Shown here one piece after another: positions 48,067 through 57,424 of a stretch of 64,000 nt of DNA. A program made the position numbers and the translations under genes. Position 1 is the stretch's first letter, and each line of letters opens with the position of its first letter. The stretch is from Candidatus Zixiibacteriota bacterium (GTDB lineage Bacteria > Zixibacteria > MSB-5A5 > GN15 > JAAZOE01). The DNA is taken from the NCBI GenBank assembly GCA_043819555.1, contig JBDREQ010000025.1:32001-96000 (forward strand), written 5' to 3'. The notes under the pieces were generated by a model. That model searched no databases. It saw only the letters and a program-made list of their open reading frames with translations, and was not told the DNA's origin.

Positions 48067-49242
48067 TTGAAAAAAAGGCATCAGCTTCTGATTGTCGGCG
48101 CCGGTCCCGCCGGAGCCTATGCCGCGTGCAAAGCCGCCGAAGCCGGTTTGGATGTACTGCTGGTTGACAGAAAAAAGGATATAGGTAAGCCTGTTTGCTG
48201 TGCCGAAGCGACTTCAATGGAAGGGTTGTCGTCTTTTGTTGAACCGCTTCCAGAATTCATATCAACAGAAATTAGTTCTCTGAAATTGACGGTTTCAACA
48301 GGAAAAAAACTACAGTGTGATTTCGGTAAAACTGTTGGATATGTATTGGATCGGCCCGCCTTTGAGAAATTCCTGATAAATCGAGCCATTGAACAAGGTG
48401 TGGAGTTTGTCGCAGGAGCCTATGTTTGGGATATTTCAATAAATGGAAGAGCGCTTGCGTCAATTCGAACTGAAACCGAAGGTTTTCAAACTGAGTCGTA
48501 TTATATAATCGGTGCCGACGGCGTCGAATCTCAAATCGGCAGAATGGCCGGATTGGAAACGGGTTTGGATCTGGAGCATTGTGAATCAGCATTGCAATAT
48601 TACGTTTCGAATATCGATATTGATCCTCATTGCCTGCTTTTTTTTGTAGGGGACAGTTATTCGCCGAACGGCTATTTATGGGTTTTCCCGAAATCTGAAA
48701 ACTCGGCTAATATTGGAGTCGGATTAAATCCATATGAATCTGACAGTAAATTTCTCAGAGAAAATTTGGATAGATTTATCAGAGAGAATTTTCCCCGAGG
48801 CAGGATAGAGTCTGAATCATGCGGGATGGTACCGAAATTTAAAAATTTCGATATACTGGGCCGGGAGAATATTCTCCTTGCCGGAGATGCCGCCCGAATT
48901 ATAGATTCGGTTACGGGAGCAGGTATTGCTCGGGCTTTGCATACCGGTCAGCTTGCTGCTCAAACCATTGCCGAGGCAGTCAATAATAATTTGACACTTG
49001 ACAATATGCAGGGGCGATATCGATCACAAGTTGAGACGGCTATGGGTCGAGATATGAATATCTTTTCCCGCGCCTATCCAGTATTTAGAAAATTTGATAA
49101 TCGTGACTGGGATGCATTGCTTGAATTTCTTGAGGAGTATTTAAAAAACAAGAAGGCCGAATCAATTGACCCGGCCGCGATGATTAAGAGCGTATTGACA
49201 ACCGCGCCACGGCTTTTGCGCCTGGCGCGCCATGTGTTTTAG
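48067..49242 (+). CDS. Geranylgeranyl reductase family FAD oxidoreductase (DGGGPL reductase-like)
   Basis: GAGPAG, IG.PV.CAE, LDR..FEK.L, GADGVES.IGR.AG, P.GYLWVFPK....ANIG.G and GDAAR.ID..TG.GI motifs. Confidence 0.88.
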   Translation: MKKRHQLLIVGAGPAGAYAACKAAEAGLDVLLVDRKKDIGKPVCCAEATSMEGLSSFVEPLPEFISTEISSLKLTVSTGKKLQCDFGKTVGYVLDRPAFEKFLINRAIEQGVEFVAGAYVWDISINGRALASIRTETEGFQTESYYIIGADGVESQIGRMAGLETGLDLEHCESALQYYVSNIDIDPHCLLFFVGDSYSPNGYLWVFPKSENSANIGVGLNPYESDSKFLRENLDRFIRENFPRGRIESESCGMVPKFKNFDILGRENILLAGDAARIIDSVTGAGIARALHTGQLAAQTIAEAVNNNLTLDNMQGRYRSQVETAMGRDMNIFSRAYPVFRKFDNRDWDALLEFLEEYLKNKKAESIDPAAMIKSVLTTAPRLLRLARHVF

Positions 49243-49243
49243 A

Positions 49244-49501
49244 TTATTCTGATTTTAAGCGTGCCATGGCTTTTGTCATACGTGATTTTAAGCGGGCCGC
49301 TTTTCTTTTGTGAATGACCCCTTTACTCCAGACTTTATCAATACTGGCATATGCCTTTTTTAGATCGACCTCTTCGCCGGTCGCAAGACTGGCCCTGGTG
49401 TCCTTTATAGTCTTTTTCAGCAGCGTCCGGATAGCATTATTCCGAACCTTATCATTTGCCGATTGGCGCAGCCGCTTGACGCATGATTTGTGATGTGGCA
49501 A
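49244..49501 (-). CDS. rpsT: 30S ribosomal protein S20
   Basis: MP.HKS..KR.RQ...N....IDK...KGVIHK.KAAR.KSR. Confidence 0.95.
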   Translation of the reverse strand: MPHHKSCVKRLRQSANDKVRNNAIRTLLKKTIKDTRASLATGEEVDLKKAYASIDKVWSKGVIHKRKAARLKSRMTKAMARLKSE

Positions 49502-49573
49502 AAAAATCTCCTTTCAATTTGCTCAATAAAGCCTCATAATATACATTGTATCGGAGTTCTGTCAAGAGACTAT

Positions 49574-51148
49574 ATGACAAAAAAAACGGGATTTACAATT
49601 TCATTTTCAAGGGTGGCTTCGGGGACTTTTTTATCCCGTTTGCTTGGTTTGGTCCGAGAACAGGTGTTTGCCCATCTTTTTGGCACCTCATTAGCGGCCG
49701 ACGCCTTCTTTGCGGCCTATCGAATCCCCAATCTGTTGCGTGATTTGTTTGCGGAAGGGGCTCTTTCTTCGGCCTTTGTTCCGGTATTTAAACAGGAATT
49801 TCAGGAAAAAGGAAAAGAACCGGCTTTTGAGCTGGCCCAAATCAGTTTTTCAGTATTAACGTTAGTGGTTTCGGTGGTATGTATTGTCGGGGCAATATTG
49901 TCGCCTTATCTGGTCAAAATAATTGCTCCTGGCTTTTCGGATATTCCCGGAAAAGCAGAATTAACGGGGCAGTTGACCGCTTATATGTTTCCCTTCCTAT
50001 TATTGGTAGCATTAGCGGCGTTGGCTATGTCAATTCTAAATTGCCTCGAAAAATTTGGAATACCTGCTCTGGCTCCGGCGATGTTTAATATCGGTGTTAT
50101 CACAGCCGCTTTAATAATCTGTCCATATCTTGAACGGCCGATTTTTGGTATGGCTGCCGGAGTCTTACTCGGTGGTTTGGGGCAATTTTTAATTCAGGTT
50201 CCGAGTTTGTATAAATCCGGTTTTCGATTTCGGTTTAATCCCCAATTCAATCATGACGGTTTAAAACGCATCGCCAGATTAATGGGTCCGATGATTGGGG
50301 GATTGGCCGCCGGGCGAATAAATATTTTCGTCAATACGCTTCTGGCTTCGCTATTAGCAGCTGGTTCGGTATCTTATTTGACGTATGCTTACCGGATAAT
50401 GCACTTGCCGCTTGGAATCATAGCGGTGGCGCTGGGTACCGTCGCCCTGCCCAAAGCGTCGGCATTAGCAGCGATGAATGATGAAGAGGGTTTGGTCAAA
50501 GTCTTCTATCGAGCAGTACATTTATGTTTTTTCCTGGTCTTTCCAGTCGCCGCTTTTTTCATAGTCGCCGGGGATGAAGTCATCGGTCTTTTATTTGAGC
50601 ATGGGCGATTCGTGCAAAATGATACCTATAATACTTATCGAGCCTTGATCTGGTTTAGCGTCGGGCTAATTGGTTTTGCCGGGGTCAGAGTTACCGCGCC
50701 AATATACTATGCCCTCAAAGACGCCGTTAATCCGATGAAATTTTCTATTTATGCCGTCCTTATAAATCTGGGTGCGAATTTTATTTTTGTCAGATTTTGG
50801 GATTTCGCGGGCCTGGCGGCGGCGACGGCTCTGGGGGGAATCGTTAATTTTGGATTACTTGTATTTTATCTTCCCAGTAAAATTAAGGGAGTAAGAATCG
50901 CCGCAGTTTCTGTTATGTTTATAAAATCAATTGTGGCGGCCGGTTTGACCGGATTTATTCTGTTATACATAAAAGGAATTAGTTGGTTTACCTCCCTTGA
51001 AAATACTTTTTTCGACCGCATTGAGAAAATTCTGATTTTAATTGCTGTCGCCGGACTTTGTTATTTGCTTTTTTCAGTTGTATTCAGGAATATTCCCCAA
51101 ATAAAAGAAAAACCAGCTTTCGATAAAAAAGAAAATGACAGCATTTAG
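49574..51148 (+). CDS. murJ: Lipid II flippase MurJ (MviN)
   Basis: SR.LGLVRE, ADAF..AYRIPN.LR.LFAEGA.S.AFVPV and S.L.YA.R...LP.G motifs. Start moved to ATG 49574; the ORF track starts at 49490. Confidence 0.95.
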   Translation: MTKKTGFTISFSRVASGTFLSRLLGLVREQVFAHLFGTSLAADAFFAAYRIPNLLRDLFAEGALSSAFVPVFKQEFQEKGKEPAFELAQISFSVLTLVVSVVCIVGAILSPYLVKIIAPGFSDIPGKAELTGQLTAYMFPFLLLVALAALAMSILNCLEKFGIPALAPAMFNIGVITAALIICPYLERPIFGMAAGVLLGGLGQFLIQVPSLYKSGFRFRFNPQFNHDGLKRIARLMGPMIGGLAAGRINIFVNTLLASLLAAGSVSYLTYAYRIMHLPLGIIAVALGTVALPKASALAAMNDEEGLVKVFYRAVHLCFFLVFPVAAFFIVAGDEVIGLLFEHGRFVQNDTYNTYRALIWFSVGLIGFAGVRVTAPIYYALKDAVNPMKFSIYAVLINLGANFIFVRFWDFAGLAAATALGGIVNFGLLVFYLPSKIKGVRIAAVSVMFIKSIVAAGLTGFILLYIKGISWFTSLENTFFDRIEKILILIAVAGLCYLLFSVVFRNIPQIKEKPAFDKKENDSI

Positions 51149-53372
51149 TTTTCGATTTCCCGCCATAATTGCCCTTACCGGAATCGTTGCCGGGACAATA
51201 CTGGGCAGGTATGCGGCATTAAATATGCCAGTGGTGACAGTCATTTTCATTGCCGCCTTGTTGCTTTTAATAATGACCTATTTTCGATTAGATACCCGTT
51301 ATTTTTCCGCTTCGTTGATTTTGTTTTTGTTGATCGGCTCTTATTTAATGGCGTCCCAGAAATATCAATATTTCGCCGCTGATGATGTCGGGCAATATGC
51401 GTCATCTTCAAGCTCTTTGAGATGTTTTGGCAAGATAGAAAAGTGGCCGGTTTTGAAGCAGCATAAGACTATTCTTACTTGCCGGGTCGACTCAATCATA
51501 GTTCAAGATTCAGTCCGGCCGGCATCCGGATCCATCCTGATAAACGTCCAAAGAGAAACGACTGAATTCATGCTGGGCGATGAAATCTCTTTTTCGGGAA
51601 GGTTATACATTCCGTCGGGAGGAAATTATCCGGGCCAATTTGATTATCGTGAATATTTGGAGAATAAGGGCATCAGGGCAGTTGTTTATATGTCAAATCC
51701 GGCTTTAATATTAAAGTTTGAAAAAGAAAGCAATATCTGGGGGAAGATAATATCATCACTCAGAAAATGGACGCTGGATTGTTTTCAATCTAACCTGACT
51801 GAAATACCCTATGCCCTGGCTTCGGGATTTTTAATAGGAGAGACCCGTGATATCCCGGAGGACATTTATCAGGCCTTTCGACGGACAGGGACTTTACATT
51901 TATTGGCCGTATCAGGCTCGAATGTCGCCCTGGTTTTAATTGTTTTTTCAGTATTTCTCAAGATATTCTCATTTAAAAAAATTACCAGGCTGTTAATACT
52001 TATATTGGTCATTGTCGTATTTTCACATCTATCCCACAATCAGCCATCCGTCATTCGCGCTTCGGTCATGGCTATCCTGATCATTCTTGCCAGGTTTTTG
52101 TACCGCCGGGCCAATCTCAACAATATTATCGCCGCCGCCGCATGTTTACTGATATTGTATGATCCTGCCAATTTATTTGATATCGGATTTCAATTGTCAT
52201 TTGCCGTTACATGGGGATTGATTTCCTTTCTGCCAAAGATAAATTCACTCCTGACCGGTAAGTCAATTCCTTCAGTTTATCGTTATTTATTATTGATAGC
52301 TTTGGGTTCGTTTATCGCGTCATTGGTATCGGCTCCGATAACTTTGTATTATTTCGGGGAAATGTCGCTGGTCACGGTGTTTTCCAATTTAGTGATTGTG
52401 CCGATGGTATCAGCCGCAGTCATCGGGATAATGATTCTTCTGGCGGTAAATTTAATTTTTCCACCGCTGACGCTTATCCCCGGCGTTTTTCTCGATCGCT
52501 TGCTAAGCCTTATCAATGATCTGGTTATCTGGTTTGGAAGTTGGGAGTTTTCATCAATAAGAACTGCTGAGGTCAGGGGCGAGTATTCTATCTTTGCGTT
52601 GGTGATTTTGACGATGTTATTTTTTGCAATTACTTCAAAAGCATTCCGCCGTTTATTGGTGTTTTCAATCCTGCTTGGGGGAATATGCTTTTTTGGTGAA
52701 GGACTTCTGGCGCGGGGAAAACCGATATCATCAATTGAAATTTATAATTGGGGAGCGGCCCAGAGTATTATTATCAATTCCTCAAATGCGGTGGCCATAT
52801 ATCATCAAAGCCGAGTGTCTCGATATGATGATTTTGGCTCTAATCTGATACCTTATTTAATCGATCGTGAGGAGTCGTTACCGGAAATATATATATTATT
52901 TGAACCCAAACATAGGACAATGCAAAGAATGGCGGAAGGAGCAGAATTCGGCCCTGAAATTGATTTATACCCGGTAAATGATTTCGATTTTTCCAATCCA
53001 TCAATCTGGACTAATACTGAAAAAAAACGGGTATTTGAAAACGAGACTTATAATGAGATTCAAATAGGCCACAATGTTGTCATCATTAATATACTCGATT
53101 CAATTGAAATAATAATTGCTAATTCACCGGTAGATTTTAACCGATTGCCCGAAAATATAATTGAACAGTGTAATTGGTATATAATTTTTGTAAATAGTGA
53201 CAAAAATCTGGCGGAATTAGCAGCTGTGAATGATATGGAAAAGGCAATAATTCTTCTTGAAAAACATAAAAATATTTACAAGATATTGCAGGATAATAAT
53301 TTTGATGAATTATATCCCGGACTGAATGACAAAATCACTTTACCGGGTTCAAATATTACGCTAATCCCCTGA
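51135..53372 (+). CDS. comEC: ComEC/Rec2 DNA-uptake channel (OB + Competence domains; degenerate C-terminal MBL)
   Basis: PG.FDY..YL, G..HLLAVSG.NV, PSV.RA..M and DIGFQLSF motifs. Confidence 0.88.
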   Translation: MTAFSFRFPAIIALTGIVAGTILGRYAALNMPVVTVIFIAALLLLIMTYFRLDTRYFSASLILFLLIGSYLMASQKYQYFAADDVGQYASSSSSLRCFGKIEKWPVLKQHKTILTCRVDSIIVQDSVRPASGSILINVQRETTEFMLGDEISFSGRLYIPSGGNYPGQFDYREYLENKGIRAVVYMSNPALILKFEKESNIWGKIISSLRKWTLDCFQSNLTEIPYALASGFLIGETRDIPEDIYQAFRRTGTLHLLAVSGSNVALVLIVFSVFLKIFSFKKITRLLILILVIVVFSHLSHNQPSVIRASVMAILIILARFLYRRANLNNIIAAAACLLILYDPANLFDIGFQLSFAVTWGLISFLPKINSLLTGKSIPSVYRYLLLIALGSFIASLVSAPITLYYFGEMSLVTVFSNLVIVPMVSAAVIGIMILLAVNLIFPPLTLIPGVFLDRLLSLINDLVIWFGSWEFSSIRTAEVRGEYSIFALVILTMLFFAITSKAFRRLLVFSILLGGICFFGEGLLARGKPISSIEIYNWGAAQSIIINSSNAVAIYHQSRVSRYDDFGSNLIPYLIDREESLPEIYILFEPKHRTMQRMAEGAEFGPEIDLYPVNDFDFSNPSIWTNTEKKRVFENETYNEIQIGHNVVIINILDSIEIIIANSPVDFNRLPENIIEQCNWYIIFVNSDKNLAELAAVNDMEKAIILLEKHKNIYKILQDNNFDELYPGLNDKITLPGSNITLIP

Positions 53373-53420
53373 AGTATCGGCCAAACCCAATATTTTGTGC
53401 TAATCTGTTAAAGATATCGG

Positions 53421-53448
53421 TAAAGATATATGACTTAAGTCCCGATAA
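53421..53448 (+). promoter_or_regulatory. Sigma28-like promoter of the DUF4388/Mgl cluster
   Basis: TAAAG-N15-CCCGATAA. Confidence 0.55.
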
Positions 53449-53518
53449 AAAGGAAAGAAATATTGGTTTACGGGCATTTTAAATTAATGCAGTCTAACAT
53501 ATTAATAGTTAAGGTGAT

Positions 53519-54730
53519 ATGGGACTATCAGGAAACCTAAAAACAGTATCGTTTTCCGATGTACTGCAATTGTTGTCAACAGGGAAGAAAACAGGCGTAC
53601 TTACAGTAGCAATGGGTGCGCGCAAAAAAGAAATCGCATTCTCTGGAGGCAATATTATAAGCGCCATCTCAGTGAACGCGAATGAGGATCTACTGGGAAA
53701 TTTGCTTTTAAAGCGTGGAAGAATCAATAAGAAAGATCTGGAGCGAGCAATTTCATTGCATAAATCTTCCGGCCGTGCTTTGGGAGCTACTCTTATTGAT
53801 ATGCAATTGTTTGACAAAGACGAAGTTTCCGAATGTTTGCGGATGCAAATCGAAGAAATTGTCTATAATCTTTTCAGCTGGGTCGATGGCGAATTTTCAT
53901 TCGCGGAAGGTGAATCTCCAAAGAACGCAACATTCCTGGTTAATTTGTCAACTATGAATATCATCATGGAAGGTACGCGGCGGATTGACGAATGGCTCGA
54001 AATACAAAAAGTTCTTCCGCCCAATGATATTTTATTGCGCGTCCGCTTGACTCCTAAAGTCAAAACAGAGGAAATAACGCTATCTCTTGATGAATTTAAA
54101 ATATTAACATTGATAAATGGAGAAAGAACCCTTCCGGAAATAATAGAGGTTTCTCCGGTGGGTGAATTTCCTACCTGCCGGGCATTGTATCGTCTCATTT
54201 TGGGTTCCCTGGTAGAAGGCGCCGGAAAAACCGCCAATGATAATATCGGACCGGATGAAGATGAAGAAGAAATAATCCTTGGCATTATTTTCAAACTATA
54301 CAACACCTGTTTTCTGAGGACGCGCAAAGTAATCGAGGAAGTCGTCGGGACGACTAATCCGGGGTATAGCAGGTTCATATCAAGTTTCAGGCAAGGGTTA
54401 TTGGTATTTTTCCCGGGATGTGATATGAGTACCGAGTCGGGACCGTCGCTTGAGAAATTTCTTCAGGAAGTTAAAAAAATTCCGGAAAAAGTCAGAATGC
54501 ATAGACTTCTCTCCATGTTAGAAGATATGTTGCACGAACAGCTTGAATATATATTTATGAATTTTGGATATGGAGCCTTTCGCACTGCGGTGGGAAAAGT
54601 CAAAAAAGAGATTTCCGAACCGCTGGCCATACGCCGTGAATTAGTAAAGAAATTCCGTCTTGATGATAATTTCTATTATTCCATCAAAAAGGCGGAGAGA
54701 ACTATAAAGATGATATCGGGTGACTCATGA
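53519..54730 (+). CDS. DUF4388 (PatA-N-like) domain protein with MshEN-like insert
   Basis: M.L.GNL..VS..DVLQLL...KKTG.L, LG..LL..G.I....L..A...H......LG..L and W.DG.F.F...MEG.RR.DEW. Confidence 0.8.
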   Translation: MGLSGNLKTVSFSDVLQLLSTGKKTGVLTVAMGARKKEIAFSGGNIISAISVNANEDLLGNLLLKRGRINKKDLERAISLHKSSGRALGATLIDMQLFDKDEVSECLRMQIEEIVYNLFSWVDGEFSFAEGESPKNATFLVNLSTMNIIMEGTRRIDEWLEIQKVLPPNDILLRVRLTPKVKTEEITLSLDEFKILTLINGERTLPEIIEVSPVGEFPTCRALYRLILGSLVEGAGKTANDNIGPDEDEEEIILGIIFKLYNTCFLRTRKVIEEVVGTTNPGYSRFISSFRQGLLVFFPGCDMSTESGPSLEKFLQEVKKIPEKVRMHRLLSMLEDMLHEQLEYIFMNFGYGAFRTAVGKVKKEISEPLAIRRELVKKFRLDDNFYYSIKKAERTIKMISGDS

Positions 54731-55095
54731 AGAATAAACTTGGATTGATAGGGATATTTGTGTTTACGCTAATAATGGTCGAATCGGCTTATGCCGCCGA
54801 TTTTAAGGTTCTTGGAAATGTTCCAGCCATAATCAATCTAGTGATATTGATAGGCGCCTTAGCTTGCTTATCGGTAGCGATAAAACTATTTGGGTTAGTT
54901 AAGGGCGGAGCTCTGGCCAAAGGCTGTCAAATGTGGATAATCTCGTTTATAACGCTGACAGCCGGTCAGGTTTTAATCCTCGCTCAGGAACTCAAGTTGT
55001 TCATTTTGACTTTCGATATAGCCGGGATATTGTATGTCGGAACAGTGATACTATGGCTCATCGGTCTCATGCATGCCCGCCGCGTTTTGGGTTAA
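54727..55095 (+). CDS. Small multi-TM hypothetical protein
   Basis: 122 aa, signal/TM plus 3 hydrophobic helices; its start overlaps the DUF4388 stop (ATGA). Confidence 0.7.
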   Translation: MKNKLGLIGIFVFTLIMVESAYAADFKVLGNVPAIINLVILIGALACLSVAIKLFGLVKGGALAKGCQMWIISFITLTAGQVLILAQELKLFILTFDIAGILYVGTVILWLIGLMHARRVLG

Positions 55096-55106
55096 GGTAA
55101 TTTTGT

Positions 55107-55135
55107 TTGACTCGAATGAAGCCATAGGCTATTAT
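55107..55135 (+). promoter_or_regulatory. Internal sigma70-type promoter
   Basis: TTGACT-N17-TATTAT. Confidence 0.55.
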
Positions 55136-55187
55136 CGATTGGATATGCGCAAAACAGAGATACTAAAACTTTGGATGGATCATAATA

Positions 55188-56093
55188 ATGATTGATCGGT
55201 CAAGTATTGATGAACGGATCGCCAAATGCAGCAAAATACTGGATGAAAATCCTGGCTCGCAGATTTTTGCTGCTTTGGCTGAAGCTCTCCGCAAAAAGGG
55301 CGACCTTGATAAGGCCTTTCGCGTTTGCCAGAATGGTTTGAAAATCCACCCCGACTATGGTTCGGGCCACCTGGTGATGGCGAAAATCAACATGGATAAG
55401 GGGATGTATGATTGGGCCGAAATCGAAGCGATGAGAGCGGTCGAACTTGATGGCGAAACTCGAACAAATGAATTGCTTCTTTCTGAAATATATATTTATA
55501 AGAACGAGTTTAATAAAGCCTGCCGCCTCCTGGAAAAACTTCATGAGAGTGATCCGGGAAATGAGCAAATAAAAAAATTGCTCGAAATTGCCAGAAAAAT
55601 ACCCCTTGAACAGCATAATCAGCCAAACTCAGATTATAGTGCGCCGACTCCGCTGGTTGTCAATGCGGGCGTTTCACCGGCATCTCGGGAACGCGAACAT
55701 TCGGCTCCGGTGCAGACCATGACTCAGGAAGCCCCTCCGGTTAAATCTGATTTGAATTATAGGCAAATGTTAAGAACCCTGGTTATTACACCCGGGATTG
55801 AAGGGATATTATTAATAAATAATGACGGACTTGTGATTGAGTCCATTTGGAATGTATCGGGCGATACTGATTTGGTCGGAGCGCTGGCGGTTGAAACGGC
55901 GCGGTTTACGACTATTCAAATGCGAGAAGTAGGGTTTGGGCATTTGCAGTCGATGATGTTAGAAACACCCAAGTCATTATACTATATGGTCGGTATAAAA
56001 GGCAGGTTGCTAACAATGATATGCACTGAATCAATAAATCTCGGATCTCTTAAAATGAAATTGAGCGCTTTGCTTCCCAGACTGATGCCGTAA
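55188..56093 (+). CDS. TPR protein with C-terminal Roadblock/LC7 domain
   Basis: NP.S.IFA.LAE..RK.G..D.A...C..GL..HP.Y TPRs, Pro-rich linker and PGI.GILLI..DGLVI...GAL...NLG.LK Roadblock. Confidence 0.8.
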   Translation: MIDRSSIDERIAKCSKILDENPGSQIFAALAEALRKKGDLDKAFRVCQNGLKIHPDYGSGHLVMAKINMDKGMYDWAEIEAMRAVELDGETRTNELLLSEIYIYKNEFNKACRLLEKLHESDPGNEQIKKLLEIARKIPLEQHNQPNSDYSAPTPLVVNAGVSPASREREHSAPVQTMTQEAPPVKSDLNYRQMLRTLVITPGIEGILLINNDGLVIESIWNVSGDTDLVGALAVETARFTTIQMREVGFGHLQSMMLETPKSLYYMVGIKGRLLTMICTESINLGSLKMKLSALLPRLMP

Positions 56094-56108
56094 CCAAAAG
56101 GATATAAT

Positions 56109-57080
56109 ATGGAGAAGAATATAAAAAATTTAATTCTGCTCGCATCGTTGATATTGGTTGTGATACCGATGGTAATTTTTCCCAATAAACTGGGATTGCC
56201 GTTATTGTCGGCATCGGTCTTATATTTGTTTTATGAAATGGCGTTCTACGGGATAGTACTTCATTTTTTCCGCAGGAATGTATCATTAATGACCATTTTG
56301 ATTGGCGCATCTTTAACAATGGTATTTCGCATTGGTTTGGGAGCCGCATTTGGCCTGGCCATTATAATTATGTACAGACTCGATAGCTCGGTTGCTTTTT
56401 CTCTTGGAATAGGCAAATATTTGCCGGCTATAATACTTCATGTGGTGGCAGCTCCTTATGTTTTGCGCCCGGCGTATTTGTATCTGGCATCAAGTTTAAC
56501 CCCGGAAAAAATGCCAAAGAAATTTGTCTTTGAACCCCATATAGAAGCAAAGGAAGTAATCTCCCCCGAAGTAAACGAATCTATTATGAAATTGCAGAAG
56601 AAGAATTTTAATGAAATAGATGCTGAAAAGCAGGCCTTTGAAGTTACATCGATTCCACATGGGGACGGCGATAATCAGCTGGAGCGGGCAGTACAATATA
56701 TTGGAGAATCAGCCGCGGTTAAAATGTCGCTTCTTATAGATGAAGAAGGTCTTACGCTCGCCAGATTTAGTCGTTGCGAAGAGGACATAGAATTGTGGGC
56801 TCCAGCCGCGATTGTCATTGAAAAAGAAAATCGAAGATTATTGAATCGTTTCAGTCCGATTGGAGAACCCAGTAAGCTGGATATAACGGCTCATGATAAG
56901 CGCATTATTTTGCGTCGGATAGAGAGATTGACTTTAATGATTATGGCAGAAGAGAATATTGACGAGACCATTCATATTAGAATGGCGCAGGCTGCGGATA
57001 TGATAAAAAAATATATCAATGCACGATACAGCCCGGCAATGTTTGCCAGGGTGGAGGAACAATATGTATCAAATTCTTGA
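56109..57080 (+). CDS. Multi-TM membrane protein with C-terminal Roadblock/LC7-like domain
   Basis: About 4 N-terminal TMs, then V..SLLIDEEGL.LA, a Roadblock beta-hairpin motif. Confidence 0.65.
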   Translation: MEKNIKNLILLASLILVVIPMVIFPNKLGLPLLSASVLYLFYEMAFYGIVLHFFRRNVSLMTILIGASLTMVFRIGLGAAFGLAIIIMYRLDSSVAFSLGIGKYLPAIILHVVAAPYVLRPAYLYLASSLTPEKMPKKFVFEPHIEAKEVISPEVNESIMKLQKKNFNEIDAEKQAFEVTSIPHGDGDNQLERAVQYIGESAAVKMSLLIDEEGLTLARFSRCEEDIELWAPAAIVIEKENRRLLNRFSPIGEPSKLDITAHDKRIILRRIERLTLMIMAEENIDETIHIRMAQAADMIKKYINARYSPAMFARVEEQYVSNS

Positions 57081-57414
57081 GGGATTAAACAAGACGAGCG
57101 GAATAATCGGAAGTATGGTAGTTGGGAGCGATGGAATTGTGATCGCGGCCGATCTCAATACGCAGATTGAAGAAGACGCGATTGGCGCCCTGGCTGCATC
57201 GATTATTTCCAATGTACAGAAATCGCTCGATCGTCTTCAATCACCGCCACTGAAACAGGTTACGGTGGAAGCTGACAATGCCAAATTATTTTTCAGTGAG
57301 GTAGAAATGGGTGTTTTGGTAGTTATTACCGAACCGGAAGTTAATATTGGTTTAGTTCGGCTTGAAATCAAAAACGCGACAAGTAAATTAAACAATCAGG
57401 AAGCAGTTTGTTAA
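57064..57414 (+). CDS. Stand-alone Roadblock/LC7 protein (MglB/MglC-like)
   Basis: G.IGSMVVGSDGIVIA...GALAA...NIGLVRLE. GGAGGA SD before ATG 57064; the ORF track starts at 57019. Confidence 0.85.
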   Translation: MYQILEGLNKTSGIIGSMVVGSDGIVIAADLNTQIEEDAIGALAASIISNVQKSLDRLQSPPLKQVTVEADNAKLFFSEVEMGVLVVITEPEVNIGLVRLEIKNATSKLNNQEAVC

Positions 57415-57424
57415 GAGATAATAC

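Noticed and set aside
46966..49242. SbnI-like gene forming one pathway operon with ferredoxin-GGR
   Set aside because: A terminator-like hairpin and a separate promoter-like sequence lie between them (47824-47867), so linkage is unsupported.
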